A stretch of 63,924 bases of DNA from Limnochordia bacterium (lineage in GTDB: Bacteria; Bacillota; Limnochordia; JAAZLZ01), in contig JBMNRY010000001.1 in assembly GCA_050944915.1 (NCBI GenBank), positions 1-63,924 of the forward strand. The letters run 5' to 3'. Below, piece by piece: positions 9,905 to 20,030 of the stretch. Made by a program: the position numbers and the translations under genes. The notes beneath the pieces were generated by a model that had not been told where the DNA came from, ran no database searches, and saw only the letters and a program-made list of their open reading frames with translations. How positions within the stretch are numbered: position 1 is the first letter of the stretch; the number at the start of each line of letters is the position of its first letter.

Positions 9905-10205
9905 CCCCCCTGGAAATAAAAAAACTTCCCATCCACTAAGGGACGAGAAGTAAATCTTCCGCGGTACCACCCAAATTGGCTTCCATGAAGCCCACTCCAT
10001 AGGATACCTCTCACTAAGTAAGACCGATATCCCCTTCCCTGATAACGGCGGAAGTCCCGATGGAACCTACTCTCCTTTCAGCTCCACAGCTTCGGAGAGA
10101 ACTTCAGTTAACTACCTGGCACCGGGCTCCCACCTTTCCCCGGCTCTCTGGGCCCATGCGGCTAACCTACTTTTCTCCTGCATCGCTTTTGGTCGATGAT
10201 ATTTG
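9905..10205 (-). promoter_or_regulatory. T-box leader controlling aroF-pheA
   Basis: The minus strand shows an AGTA box, an AGAGAG bulge, and the T-box sequence AATTTGGGTGGTACCGCGGAAG. A terminator follows: cttctcgtccc-ttagt-ggatgggaag plus T7. Confidence 0.85.
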
Positions 10206-10211
10206 ACGCTA

Positions 10212-10240
10212 ATACTAACACAGACATCTCCAAGTTGCAA
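10212..10240 (-). promoter_or_regulatory. candidate promoter of the aroF T-box leader
   Basis: The minus strand reads TTGCAA-17 nt-TAGTAT. Confidence 0.45.
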
Positions 10241-10248
10241 ACCCGTTT

Positions 10249-11115
10249 CTAGGCCTCTATTTGGCTCCTTCCCTTTCTGGGACCAAATTTATTCCACCAA
10301 TCTTGGGCATACTTTCGATTATGGAGCTTTTCGGCCCCTTCCTTCTCTTCAGCCGTCGGCTCCCCGGGCTGGTAGGTAAATCCTAATATTTGGGACCAGG
10401 CTAGGGCCAAGGTGGGCCAAACCCCGTCAAAATCAAGTTCAGGTTGGAAATCCCGCAAAGCCCGGGAGCGCTTCTCCATCATTTTCAGGAAGGCTTGGCG
10501 CCGTTTCTCCGTGGGGAAATGGAGAATCTGGGCTAAGACCTCCCCGGTAGAAACTAAAGGGATGGAGCCGTGTTGCAGGATGGCTCCCCGCCGCCGGGTT
10601 TGGGCGCTGCCCACCAGCTTGGCCCCTTGGGCCACCACTTCGTACCAGCAAGGAGCATCGAAACAAGCGGCCGTATCCCCTAGCCCCCGCCGGTGGCGGC
10701 CTTGGGGCTGGGGAGCCAAATCTACCGGTAGGCCTAGCTTCCTTAGCCCTTCGACGATCCCTTGGGCTAGGACTTTATAAGAGGCCGTCACCCCGGAGGG
10801 CAATCCCGGCCAATCCTCGGGCAGAATCAGACTATAGGTGATCTCCTCCCCGTGGAGGATGGCCCGACCACCGGTGGGCCGCCGTACCACATCGATACCG
10901 AGGCTAGTACAGGCCGACCAATGGATCTCCTCGCTATTTTGAAAATAGCCGATGGTCAAAGTGGTGGGCCGCCACCGATAAAAACGCAAAACCGGGGGGG
11001 CACCGGCGGCGACGCCCTCAAGCAAAGCTTCATCGAGGGCCATATTCCAAAAACCCGTCCGGTGCCCATGGATCATCAGGCGCCATTGTTGGGTCACGAT
11101 GTACCCTTCTTCCAC
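10249..11115 (-). CDS. lipoate-protein ligase / octanoyltransferase family protein (LipM-like)
   Basis: BPL/LPL catalytic-domain motifs ([19 protein letters not shown]; K in GAKLVGSAQ). Last gene of the gcv operon. An alternative GTG start at 11097 would give a GTGA overlap with gcvPB. Confidence 0.8.
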   Translation of the reverse strand: MEEGYIVTQQWRLMIHGHRTGFWNMALDEALLEGVAAGAPPVLRFYRWRPTTLTIGYFQNSEEIHWSACTSLGIDVVRRPTGGRAILHGEEITYSLILPEDWPGLPSGVTASYKVLAQGIVEGLRKLGLPVDLAPQPQGRHRRGLGDTAACFDAPCWYEVVAQGAKLVGSAQTRRRGAILQHGSIPLVSTGEVLAQILHFPTEKRRQAFLKMMEKRSRALRDFQPELDFDGVWPTLALAWSQILGFTYQPGEPTAEEKEGAEKLHNRKYAQDWWNKFGPRKGRSQIEA

Positions 11116-12557
11116 CGGAGGTTTAGCTGACGGGCCGCCAAGGTTTCATCCAACCGACCGACATAGGTGGTATAGGGAGCCCCTTGTACCTTTTCCGGTT
11201 CCTCCTCAATTTCCTGGGCGATCTGGATCATCACCTGGGCGAAACCATCGAGGGTTTCCTTGGTTTCTGTTTCCGTCGGTTCGATCATCATCGCCTCATC
11301 GACGATGAGGGGGAAGTAGACCGTAGGAGCGTGGTAACCGAAATCAAGGAGCCTTTTGGCGATATCCAGGGTCCGGACCCCCCGCTCTTTCCGCTGCTTC
11401 TCCGCGGAAAGGACAAATTCGTGTTTACAATACCGGGGATAGGCTACCTCGTAGTAATCCTTCAGAAGATGGAGCAAATAGTTGGCGTTGAGGACTGCAT
11501 CTTCGCTGGCCTGGCGTAGACCTTCTGGACCCATCATCCGGATATAGGTATAAGCCCGGACTAAAACGCCGAAATTTCCGTAGAAACCCTTAATAGGCCC
11601 GATGGATTGGGGCCGATGGTAATCGAAGTAGTACCGACCCTGCCCATCGACGCCGATGGTGGGCGTTGGCAGGAAGGGAGCTAGCTCATCGCTGACCGCG
11701 ATGGGACCTGCCCCCGGTCCGCCGCCACCATGGGGTGTGGAGAAGGTTTTATGGAGGTTGAAATGGACGATATCAAAGCCCATATCCCCCGGTCGACTGA
11801 TGCCTAAGTTGGCATTCATATTGGCCCCATCGTAGTAGAGGAGCCCACCGGCCTCATGGACCAACTGGGTGATCTCCAGGATGTTTTCATCGAAAAGCCC
11901 CAAAGTATTAGGGTTGGTTAGCATCAAACCGGCAGTTTGGGGTCCAAGGAGTTCCCGCAAACGTTCCACATCGACGCCACCCCGTTCATCGGAAGGAACT
12001 TCGACCACGTCATAACCACACATGGCTGCCGTAGCCGGGTTGGTCCCGTGGGCAGCATCGGGAACGATGATCTCCCGCCGTTTTGCGTCGCCCCGGGATT
12101 TATGGTAGGCCTTGATTAACAACAAGCCGACCAATTCTCCATGGGCGCCAGCGGCAGGATGGAGGGTCACATGGGGTAAGCCGGCGATTTCCCCTAAATA
12201 GCCACAGAGGCGGTCCATAAGCTCTAAGGCCCCTTGAACCGTTTCCTCGGGCTGATAGGGATGGAGAAGGGCGAATCCCGGCAACCCAGCGGCATCTTCG
12301 TTGATCCGCGGATTATACTTCATGGTACAGGATCCTAAGGGATAAAAGCCCACATCGACCCCATGGTTGAGCCTAGATAATTGGGTAAAGTGGCGGACGA
12401 CCTCCAGTTCACTGACTTCCGGCAGCTCCGGGGGAGATTCTCGCAAGTACTCAGGGGGGAGCAAATCGGCAACCGGTTTTGTAGGCACATCATTATCCGG
12501 CAACCGGTAACCCCTTCGCCCCGGCGAACCCATGGAAAAAAGCAGGGGTATGGACAT
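11094..12557 (-). CDS. gcvPB: glycine dehydrogenase (decarboxylating) subunit 2
   Basis: 487-aa ORF with the PLP lysine context [17 protein letters not shown]. Confidence 0.95.
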   Translation of the reverse strand: MSIPLLFSMGSPGRRGYRLPDNDVPTKPVADLLPPEYLRESPPELPEVSELEVVRHFTQLSRLNHGVDVGFYPLGSCTMKYNPRINEDAAGLPGFALLHPYQPEETVQGALELMDRLCGYLGEIAGLPHVTLHPAAGAHGELVGLLLIKAYHKSRGDAKRREIIVPDAAHGTNPATAAMCGYDVVEVPSDERGGVDVERLRELLGPQTAGLMLTNPNTLGLFDENILEITQLVHEAGGLLYYDGANMNANLGISRPGDMGFDIVHFNLHKTFSTPHGGGGPGAGPIAVSDELAPFLPTPTIGVDGQGRYYFDYHRPQSIGPIKGFYGNFGVLVRAYTYIRMMGPEGLRQASEDAVLNANYLLHLLKDYYEVAYPRYCKHEFVLSAEKQRKERGVRTLDIAKRLLDFGYHAPTVYFPLIVDEAMMIEPTETETKETLDGFAQVMIQIAQEIEEEPEKVQGAPYTTYVGRLDETLAARQLNLRWKKGTS

Positions 12558-12559
12558 GC

Positions 12560-13894
12560 TTACACCTCCCCTAAAACTTCGACCAAACGGTCGATTTCGG
12601 CTTTTGTTCTCGCTTCAGTCACACAGAAGAGGAGGCAGTCATCCAACTGGGGATAAAATCTCCCTAAGGGTAAGCCTCCGATGATTCCAGCCTCGAGGAG
12701 TCGCCCTTCGATGGCTTGGATATCCATCGTTGTGCGGACGACGAACTCTTTGAAAAAGGGCCCCGGTTTGCCGGCCTCAAAACCCGGCAGACTACAGATT
12801 TGTTCCTGGGCGTAATGGGCCTTCTGCAGGGATTGGCGAGCCACTTCCCCTAAACCCTCCGGCCCCAGGAGGGACAAATAAATGGTGGCTACTAGGGCGT
12901 TTAGGGCCTGGTTGGAACAAATATTCGATGTAGCCCTTTCCCGACGGATATGTTGTTCTCTGGCCTGTAAAGTCAAGACAAAGCCCGGCTGTCCCCGGTT
13001 GTCGACGGTAGCCCCTACGATGCGACCAGGCATCCGCCGAACGTACTTATCCCTGGTGGCGAAGAAACCTAAGTAGGGTCCGCCAAAACTGAGGGGATTG
13101 CCTAAGGCTTGCCCTTCTCCGACGACGATATCGGCTCCATAGGATCCTGGGGCTTCGAGGAGCCCTAAGGAGATAGGATCGACACAGGCTACATACAAAG
13201 CTCCCGCTTCATGGATGGGTTCCGCCAGCTCCCGTACCTTCTCCAGACGACCGAAGAAGTTGGGATGTTGAATCAACACACCGGCGGTGTCCCCATCGAG
13301 ATGGGCCCGAAGCACTTCAGGATCTAACCCATCTTCCGCGGGGATCTCCACCAATTCCAAACCGCGGCTTTCCAAGTAGACGGCGGTAATTTGGCGGTAC
13401 AGAGGATGGATGGTGGTCGGCGCCAGGATTTTCCCGCGGCGGGTGATACCGCAGGCCATAATGGCCGCCTCGGCTAGGGCCGTCGGTCCGTCATACATGG
13501 AAGCATTGGCCACATCCATCTCGGTGAGCAAACAGATCATCGTTTGGTATTCGTAGATAGCCTGCAGCACACCCTGGCTGATCTCCGCCTGGTAGGGCGT
13601 ATAAGCGGTCAAAAATTCCCCCCGGCTGATGATATGGCCGATGACCCGCGGGATTAGGTGCTCATAGGCACCAGCCCCTCTAAAACAAACATACTGACCT
13701 AAATGGCCGTTCTTGTTGGCCAGCTCCTGCAGATCCCGCCACACATCCCTTTCCGCTAAGGGTGCGGGTAGATCCAAGGAACCTTGAAACCGGACTTCCT
13801 GAGGGATATCGGCGAAGAGTTCTTCAACGGAATCAAGACCTAAGGCCTCCAACATAGCCCGACGATCGGCTTCGGTAACAGGGGTAAACCCCAT
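12560..13894 (-). CDS. gcvPA: glycine dehydrogenase (decarboxylating) subunit 1
   Basis: 444-aa ORF with [13 protein letters not shown]. Confidence 0.95.
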   Translation of the reverse strand: MGFTPVTEADRRAMLEALGLDSVEELFADIPQEVRFQGSLDLPAPLAERDVWRDLQELANKNGHLGQYVCFRGAGAYEHLIPRVIGHIISRGEFLTAYTPYQAEISQGVLQAIYEYQTMICLLTEMDVANASMYDGPTALAEAAIMACGITRRGKILAPTTIHPLYRQITAVYLESRGLELVEIPAEDGLDPEVLRAHLDGDTAGVLIQHPNFFGRLEKVRELAEPIHEAGALYVACVDPISLGLLEAPGSYGADIVVGEGQALGNPLSFGGPYLGFFATRDKYVRRMPGRIVGATVDNRGQPGFVLTLQAREQHIRRERATSNICSNQALNALVATIYLSLLGPEGLGEVARQSLQKAHYAQEQICSLPGFEAGKPGPFFKEFVVRTTMDIQAIEGRLLEAGIIGGLPLGRFYPQLDDCLLFCVTEARTKAEIDRLVEVLGEV

Positions 13895-13915
13895 CTTCCC
13901 TCGACCTCCTTTAGC

Positions 13916-14302
13916 CTAGGCTTCGATTTGCTTTTCATACTCCTCGGCGCTGAGCAGACCTTCCATTTCCTTAGGATCGGCCGGCTCTAATACACATAAC
14001 CAACCATCTCCATAGGGATCCTCATTGATCAATTCCGGTTTGTCTTCCAAAGCTTCGTTGACTTCCACTACCCGTCCCCCGATGGGCGCGTAGATATCAG
14101 ACACGGCCTTCACCGATTCCACTACCCCTAAGGTATCCCCCGCCTTAACTTCCGCGTCCAGGGTAGGCAGTTCAACGAAGACCACATCGCCCAACTCCTT
14201 TTGGGCAAAATCGGTGATCCCCACGTAAACCCGCTCCCCGTCCACCTTAAGCCATTCGTGTTCCGCCGTATACTTAAGTTCTTTAGGATTCATGCTCCTC
14301 AT
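13916..14302 (-). CDS. gcvH: glycine cleavage system H protein
   Basis: 128-aa ORF with the lipoyl-lysine motif VESVKAVSDIYAP. Confidence 0.95.
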   Translation of the reverse strand: MRSMNPKELKYTAEHEWLKVDGERVYVGITDFAQKELGDVVFVELPTLDAEVKAGDTLGVVESVKAVSDIYAPIGGRVVEVNEALEDKPELINEDPYGDGWLCVLEPADPKEMEGLLSAEEYEKQIEA

Positions 14303-14317
14303 CCTTTCTCCTGGAGA

Positions 14318-15385
14318 TTAAACGAAGGATCGGCCCACCACCTGGGCCCCATAGGTCTTATTGCGGACCATGACCGTCACTTCCTGTCCCTTCTCCCAAG
14401 CGGGAGGGGCTAAATAGGCCATGGCGATGGGTTTGCCTAAGGTGGGCGACATAGTGCCGCTGGTGATGACCCCGACCTCTTCTTCACCGAAGAAAACTTT
14501 GTAACCTTGCCTGGGGATAGCCCGTTCCAGCATCAAAAGACCGCATAATTTCCGCTCTACCCCCTCCTCCCGCTGTTTAAGCAGGGCTTCCTTACCGATA
14601 AAATGGCCCTTATCCCATTTCACTACCCAACCTAAGCCCGCTTCCAGCGGCGTGGTAGACGAATCGATATCATTGCCGTAAAGGGGGAAGCCCTTTTCCA
14701 AACGCAAGGTATCCCGGGCTCCTAAACCGACGGGCTCCAAAGAATCGCCCCCAACCTCCAGGAGCCGATCCCAAAGCCGGACAGCTTCCCCGGCGGGCAG
14801 ATAGATCTCTAAACCCTTTTCCCCGGTATAACCTGTATGGGATATTAAACACTGGATGCCGTCCATTTCCCCTTCCACATGGGTGAAGGGAGCTAAATTC
14901 CCGAGGGACAAAGGAGTAAGCTTTTGGCAGATTTCCATGGAGAGGGGACCTTGGACTGCGATCAACGCTATGTCCTCGGTCAGATCGGCCATCTCCGCCC
15001 GTCCGTCGTTGATCTCGGTGATCCATTCCCAATCCCGCTCCCGGTTGGCGGCATTGACGACTAATAGATAGTCTTCGGGTCGGCGATAAACGATGATGTC
15101 ATCGATGATGCCCCCCTCCGGATTGCAAAGGAGGGTGTACTGGGCTTGACCGGGCTCCAACTTGGCCACATCGTTGGTCAGCAATTCCTGGAGGACCTCT
15201 AAAGCCTCAGAGCCGCCGACGGCGAATTCCCCCATATGGGATAGATCGAAGATACCGCTTTCCCGGCGAACGGCGTGGTGCTCTTCGATGATCCCCCGGT
15301 AGGAGACAGGCATCTGCCAGCCGGCAAAATCGATCATTTTCGCCCCTAGTTCCACATGTTTGGCATACAACGGCGTTTGTCGCAA
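14318..15385 (-). CDS. gcvT: glycine cleavage system aminomethyltransferase T
   Basis: 355-aa ORF with a TTG start (RQTPLYAKHVELGAKMIDFAGWQMPVSY). Confidence 0.95.
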   Translation of the reverse strand: MRQTPLYAKHVELGAKMIDFAGWQMPVSYRGIIEEHHAVRRESGIFDLSHMGEFAVGGSEALEVLQELLTNDVAKLEPGQAQYTLLCNPEGGIIDDIIVYRRPEDYLLVVNAANRERDWEWITEINDGRAEMADLTEDIALIAVQGPLSMEICQKLTPLSLGNLAPFTHVEGEMDGIQCLISHTGYTGEKGLEIYLPAGEAVRLWDRLLEVGGDSLEPVGLGARDTLRLEKGFPLYGNDIDSSTTPLEAGLGWVVKWDKGHFIGKEALLKQREEGVERKLCGLLMLERAIPRQGYKVFFGEEEVGVITSGTMSPTLGKPIAMAYLAPPAWEKGQEVTVMVRNKTYGAQVVGRSFV

Positions 15386-15581
15386 CTTTCTCCCTTCCTT
15401 TCTCCCCTTTCCCCTTCGGTAACCTCCCGTGGGATTAATTTATATACTAGAAGGAGAACGGTATTTTACCTCCCGGGAAAGGAGGCTTGGCAGTGGAAGC
15501 TTTATTGCGTTGGCTTCTCAACCCCTGGCTGAATTGGCGCAAAAAGACGATGTTAATCGTTTGGAAAAGGAGCAAGTAGGC

Positions 15582-16502
15582 CTACGCCTTATAAACAGGT
15601 GTACACCAATGACGGTATGCCTCCACTTGCCCCTTCACAACTTTAAAGTAGAGTTCTTGGATTTCCTTGCTAATGGGACCGATTTTTCCGTCTCCCAAAG
15701 GCCGCCGATCGATTTCCACCACGGGGCTGACTTGGGCACCGGTGCCGACAAAGAAGGCTTCATCAGCCACATATAATTCCGTCCGGTCGATCTCCCGCTC
15801 CACCACAGGCAAGTCTAATTCGGCCCGAGCCAGTTCGATGATCGTCGCCCTGGTCACCCCTTCTAAGATGTCGGCGGTGACCGGCGTGGTGATCAAGGTG
15901 CCGTTCCGGACGATGAACAGGTTCTCGGCGCTTCCTTCGGAAACATGGCCATCTTTGGTTAGGAAGATGGCTTCATCATAACCATCATCGAGGGCTTCGC
16001 TTTTAGCTAGAGCCGCATTAACATAGGCACCGGTGACTTTGGCCCGCATGGGGATCATATTGTCGCTGATATGGGTCCAGCTGGAGACCCGAGCCCGCAA
16101 CCCTTTGTTCAAGTCTAGATACTCCCCAAAGGGTACGGCAAAAACAAGGAAGCCATCTTCGATACCGGTCAAGCGCACACCGATGGCTTCCGTCTTTTTA
16201 TAAACTACAGGTCTTAGATACATATCCTCTTTTAAACCATCCCGTTTCAATAAATCAACGGTGATCTGACATAACTCCTCGGGGGTATAGCCCATAGACA
16301 TCCCTAAGATCTTGGCCGAATCCTCCAACCGCTGGTAATGTTCCAGCTGGCGGAAAATCAATAATTCCTCTTCTTCCTCGGACCAGTAAGCCCTGATCCC
16401 TTCAAAACAGGCTGTCCCATAGAGAAAGGCATGGGTCATAACGCCGATTTTTGCATCCTCTAAGGGTACAAATTGATCTTCAAAAAAGGCATATAGTTTC
16501 AT
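15582..16502 (-). CDS. ilvE: branched-chain amino acid aminotransferase
   Basis: 306-aa class IV aminotransferase (FEGIRAY ... EGSAENLFIV ... GITR-like). Confidence 0.93.
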   Translation of the reverse strand: MKLYAFFEDQFVPLEDAKIGVMTHAFLYGTACFEGIRAYWSEEEEELLIFRQLEHYQRLEDSAKILGMSMGYTPEELCQITVDLLKRDGLKEDMYLRPVVYKKTEAIGVRLTGIEDGFLVFAVPFGEYLDLNKGLRARVSSWTHISDNMIPMRAKVTGAYVNAALAKSEALDDGYDEAIFLTKDGHVSEGSAENLFIVRNGTLITTPVTADILEGVTRATIIELARAELDLPVVEREIDRTELYVADEAFFVGTGAQVSPVVEIDRRPLGDGKIGPISKEIQELYFKVVKGQVEAYRHWCTPVYKA

Positions 16503-16517
16503 CCATCTAACCTCCTA

Positions 16518-16548
16518 AAAACACTAGGTTGTCCCAAAAGACAGCCTA
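16518..16548 (-). terminator. terminator-like hairpin immediately upstream of the ilvE RBS
   Basis: The minus strand reads aggctgtc-tttt-gggacaacct, then agtgTTTTT, then AGGAGG and the ATG. Confidence 0.5.
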
Positions 16549-16593
16549 TCGTCAGACATCTTAAATGAGCCGACCACCATCTATGGGTAGGCT

Positions 16594-16641
16594 CATTCTT
16601 TGCTTGATGACTCCTTTTTTTCCACCAAAACAACAACCATA
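16594..16641 (-). CDS. candidate 15-aa leader peptide MVVVLVEKKESSSKE
   Basis: A short ORF found by reading the ilvE leader. Codons 2-6 are all Val or Leu. The SD is weak. See the corresponding finding. Confidence 0.3.
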
Positions 16642-16838
16642 GATGGAAGAGGAATATCTTCCTGGCCTGGGCGGCCCTAGTCCCTCCTGTCCACTATTTT
16701 CCGTCCCCATTAGTTATTCCTTTTCTCCCGTTAATCATCCCTCCCAGGAGGGCCAAGGAATCCGATGGCCGATATCCCTCCGGGGCCAACCAGCAATTGT
16801 CTAATTGTTCCACAACAAAAGAAGGAACTCCTCTTTGT

Positions 16839-17831
16839 TCAGGTTTTCGCCAATAACAAGGGGAAAAGAATCAAACCCAGATATCCGTACAGGGGATATA
16901 AAAATCCGATGAGCTGAGCAAAACCCAGGAGAGTCCAAGGTAGAGCGGCCAGACAAAGGAACAAGAACAGCCAATCCCCCCTTGGGCCCGCCAAAGGTTG
17001 TAAGCGGGCTAAGAGGGCATAGCCATTGGCCACCGCGGTGGTAATCATGGCCATCCACAAAACCAGGGAATAGCTGTACTGAAAAAGGAGGCCGCCCCTG
17101 ATGGCCGCCTCGAGAAGGGGCAAATCACCGGTGAGGGGACCTTGGTAGAGGGTATAGCAATTGGCGGCCAAAATGGCCCCTAAACCTAAGCCGCCGGCGA
17201 TGCCGGCCCACAATCCTTGCCGGGAAGATGTAAGCTGGGGTCCTAAGGAAGCCAATACGGCGGTGGCCAAAATCATATTGTAGGATACATACAGGATGGC
17301 CGATCCCCACCAGTGGGGTAAAAGGCCGCCAACCCCGGCCATAACCGGCCTGACTAAGGATAACAGGAAGAGGATCAAGGTGCCCAAGACCAAAGGAGGG
17401 ACTAGATAGAGATTAAGCTTAAGGAGGCCAACAGCCCCCCACTTAAGGATGATGGCGGTACAAAGGGTCATCAACAGGACTCCCCCTAGGGGTGAAATCG
17501 GCAACAACATGGCCAAAGCTTCCCCCCCGCCGGCTAACATTATGGAAAAGCCCCCGAAAAGAAAGAAGGTAATCAAAGGATCGTAAAGGGCCCCTAAGCG
17601 GGGACCACAAAGGTAGACTATTACCTCTTGGTAGGATTGGGCTTCGATTTCCTTAGCGATGAAAAGGAGTTTCCCCCCGGCCCAAGCAAAACCGATGGTG
17701 CTTAGGAGCACCCCCCACAGGCCCAGGGGACCAAAACGGGCGAAAAACTGGAGGATTTCTTGCCCCGAAGCAAATCCCGCCCCCACCACAGAGCCGATAT
17801 AGGTCAAAGCAATGGCCACCACCTGCCGCAC
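16839..17831 (-). CDS. YkvI-family membrane protein (putative transporter)
   Basis: 330-aa ORF with about 10 TM segments. The N-terminus IGSVVGAGFASGQEILQFF is typical of YkvI. Confidence 0.65.
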   Translation of the reverse strand: MRQVVAIALTYIGSVVGAGFASGQEILQFFARFGPLGLWGVLLSTIGFAWAGGKLLFIAKEIEAQSYQEVIVYLCGPRLGALYDPLITFFLFGGFSIMLAGGGEALAMLLPISPLGGVLLMTLCTAIILKWGAVGLLKLNLYLVPPLVLGTLILFLLSLVRPVMAGVGGLLPHWWGSAILYVSYNMILATAVLASLGPQLTSSRQGLWAGIAGGLGLGAILAANCYTLYQGPLTGDLPLLEAAIRGGLLFQYSYSLVLWMAMITTAVANGYALLARLQPLAGPRGDWLFLFLCLAALPWTLLGFAQLIGFLYPLYGYLGLILFPLLLAKT

Positions 17832-17937
17832 TAGAGATCACCTCGCGATCCAAGTCTATGCAGGGGGTGCCCAAACTTGCCTTCCCTTCCAGGGTCAGGT
17901 ATAACAACGGTCCCTTTGGTATATACTTACACCAATA

Positions 17938-18564
17938 ATGAAAGACCCCAGGAGGTGGGACGGCATGGCCGGAGCCAAGAGGCAGCGGGAGACGGAGGGG
18001 CCCTCCCTGCGGATTCACTACACCCATCCCTTTGCCGCCGAGGTCCTTTCCGTCGGTTTGACCCAACAGCTTAACCGTTGTTGTGCCCGCGGGAGGGGCC
18101 AGCCCGTCATCGTTTGTATCGGTACCGATCGGTCTACGGGCGACTCCCTCGGCCCCCTAGTCGGGACCCAGTTGCAACTGCGCCTGCCGGAATTCCCAAT
18201 TTATGGGACTTTAGAAGAACCTGTCCATGCCGCCAACCTGAAGGAATTCATGGGCCAACTGGCCATCAAACATCCCACCAACCCCATTTTGGCCATCGAC
18301 GCTTGTTTGGGCGCCGCGAGTAATATCGGCATGCTCAGCATCAAACCTGGCCCCTTGCGGCCGGGCACCGGTGTTAACAAGGATTTACCCCCCATTGGCC
18401 ATTGCCACCTCATCGGTATCGTCAACGTGGCCGGCTTCATGGAGTATATGGTGCTCCAAAACACCCGGCTAAGCCTCGTCTACAAAATGGCCCAAACCAT
18501 CTGCCAAGGGGTGGCCTTAAGCTTCCAAAATCAAAGTTGGATCCAAGATGCCCAAACGGTATAA
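17938..18564 (+). CDS. yyaC: spore protease YyaC family protein (DUF1256)
   Basis: The VCIGTDRSTGDSLGPLVG motif. Located near spo0J, as in B. subtilis. The exact start is uncertain. Confidence 0.85.
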   Translation: MKDPRRWDGMAGAKRQRETEGPSLRIHYTHPFAAEVLSVGLTQQLNRCCARGRGQPVIVCIGTDRSTGDSLGPLVGTQLQLRLPEFPIYGTLEEPVHAANLKEFMGQLAIKHPTNPILAIDACLGAASNIGMLSIKPGPLRPGTGVNKDLPPIGHCHLIGIVNVAGFMEYMVLQNTRLSLVYKMAQTICQGVALSFQNQSWIQDAQTV

Positions 18565-18617
18565 AGGCGCGCCGAGACTGGCACGCCTAGAGATCAGAAT
18601 CCTATATTGAGGTTGAT

Positions 18618-19016
18618 TTAACCCTTCTTCGAGGCCGGCAATTCCGTTTTACCCCCCGCCGGAGGTTGGCCGAGCATCTCACACTGGCCGTGGAATTGAC
18701 CCCCTTCTTCGACGATCAACAGCTTCATCTTGGCCGAACCCCGCAGGATCCCCTTGGCCGCGATCTCCAATTTCCCCGTTAAATCCACATCGCCCTCCAG
18801 CCGACCGGCTACTAGGAGATCCTTCGCCTTTATTTTCCCCTCTACCTGGGCCTTATCTCCCAGAATAACCGTTCCGCCGGCTTCGATTTCCCCTTGGAAA
18901 CGTCCTTCGATCCGCAAATGGCCTTGGACAACGATGCGGCCTTCCAATTGGCAGTCATCGCCGATGACGGTGGCGATGGGCTGCCCTCGTTCTTCCTGGC
19001 GCACTTTGGCAAACAT
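18618..19016 (-). CDS. bactofilin (polymer-forming cytoskeletal protein, DUF583)
   Basis: 132-aa ORF with repetitive beta-helix windings (GRIVVQGHLRIEGRFQGEIEAGGTVILGDKAQVEGKIKAKDLLVAGRLEGDV). Confidence 0.85.
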   Translation of the reverse strand: MFAKVRQEERGQPIATVIGDDCQLEGRIVVQGHLRIEGRFQGEIEAGGTVILGDKAQVEGKIKAKDLLVAGRLEGDVDLTGKLEIAAKGILRGSAKMKLLIVEEGGQFHGQCEMLGQPPAGGKTELPASKKG

Positions 19017-19074
19017 GACCCTTCCCCCAATTCATAAGCCTGTAGATTGATCGATCAGAAACGAAAACTATAGA

Positions 19075-19998
19075 TCATGGTAGGAAGTGGCGGGGATTCA
19101 CCCGCTGTCCATCTTTAATCACTTCATAATGCAAGTGGGGACCGGTACTATTACCGCTACTACCCACCCGGGCGATAATTTGACCCTTGACGACCCTGGT
19201 GCCCGCCTGAACCTTTAATTGGGAATTGTGGGCATACAGGGTTTCCAAACCATCACCATGGCGAATGATGACGGTGTAGCCATAACCGCTGCGCCAGCCG
19301 GCAAAGGTGACTAAACCCGCAGCACTAGCCCTCACCGCCGTCCCAACCGGCGCGGCGATGTCCAGTCCCCCATGGTGCTGCCGGCGACCGGTCAAGGGAT
19401 GAATGCGCCAACCGTAGTTGGAGCTGATACGCCCCCGCACCGGCCAAAGGCTCGGTGTATGCTCCCGCCGGCGCTCCTCTTCCCGTAGGATTTGCTGGAG
19501 TCTGCTGAGCTGGGCCTTTCGTTGGGGAAGCTCCTCTTCCAATCGAGCTAAAGTTATTTCCACCGGTGGTAGAGGTTCAGCACCCCCCAGATGCATGCCG
19601 CTCAAAGCTAATTCCCTGGTAGATGTACGCCCCTGGGCCAATTGGACAATTTCCCGTCCTAGATAGTCCAGCTGGGCCAGCTGCCGATACATCTCCAGAC
19701 TCTGGGCCGCTAAAGTACTGTATTTATCCTCCAGCAAGGCCTGCTCTCCGACCAAACGCTGATTCTCCTCCCACTGCCTGGCGACGATCCCTTGGTACCC
19801 CTCGATGGTTTGGGCTTGATAGTAACTTTGCAAAGCGAGAAAAATACCAGTACCGATGAACCAACTAAGCAGTACTGGTATCAGAAGTAAACCCCATAGC
19901 GGGAGTTGCCAACTGCGGGTAGCTGCCGCGCTATCGGGGATGATTTGAATGGTGATGTTGGTGCGTAAAAGGGCTTTGCGCCAGCCTTTCCTTTCCAC
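19075..19998 (-). CDS. membrane-anchored coiled-coil M23 (LytM-type) peptidase
   Basis: HGGLDIAAPVGT ... GSSGNSTGPHLHYEV. A GTG at 19998 follows GGGAGGGGG and is preferred. The ORF-track extension to 20136 overlaps larC. Confidence 0.85.
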   Translation of the reverse strand: MERKGWRKALLRTNITIQIIPDSAAATRSWQLPLWGLLLIPVLLSWFIGTGIFLALQSYYQAQTIEGYQGIVARQWEENQRLVGEQALLEDKYSTLAAQSLEMYRQLAQLDYLGREIVQLAQGRTSTRELALSGMHLGGAEPLPPVEITLARLEEELPQRKAQLSRLQQILREEERRREHTPSLWPVRGRISSNYGWRIHPLTGRRQHHGGLDIAAPVGTAVRASAAGLVTFAGWRSGYGYTVIIRHGDGLETLYAHNSQLKVQAGTRVVKGQIIARVGSSGNSTGPHLHYEVIKDGQRVNPRHFLP

Positions 19999-20030
19999 CC
20001 TTGCCCCCTCCCGAATCCTTTTCTTAGCCT

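Noticed and set aside
15386-15581. Possible glycine riboswitch upstream of gcvT. The minus strand contains GGGAGgttACCGAAGGGGaaa, reminiscent of the GGAGAG...CACCGAAGGGGCAA core.
   Set aside because: The spacing between the two elements is only 3 nt. The second conserved block (CUCUCAGGCAAAAGGAC-like) is absent, and there is no tandem aptamer. The purine-rich stretch is better explained as the RBS region. A covariance-model scan (RF00504) would settle it.
16561-16600. A T-box-like GGUGGU element in the ilvE leader (minus strand: AGATGGTGGTCGGCTC).
   Set aside because: It lacks the ACCGCG continuation and the AGAGAG/AGTA stem I elements seen in the two genuine T-boxes of this window. The leader-peptide interpretation fits the alternative pairings better.
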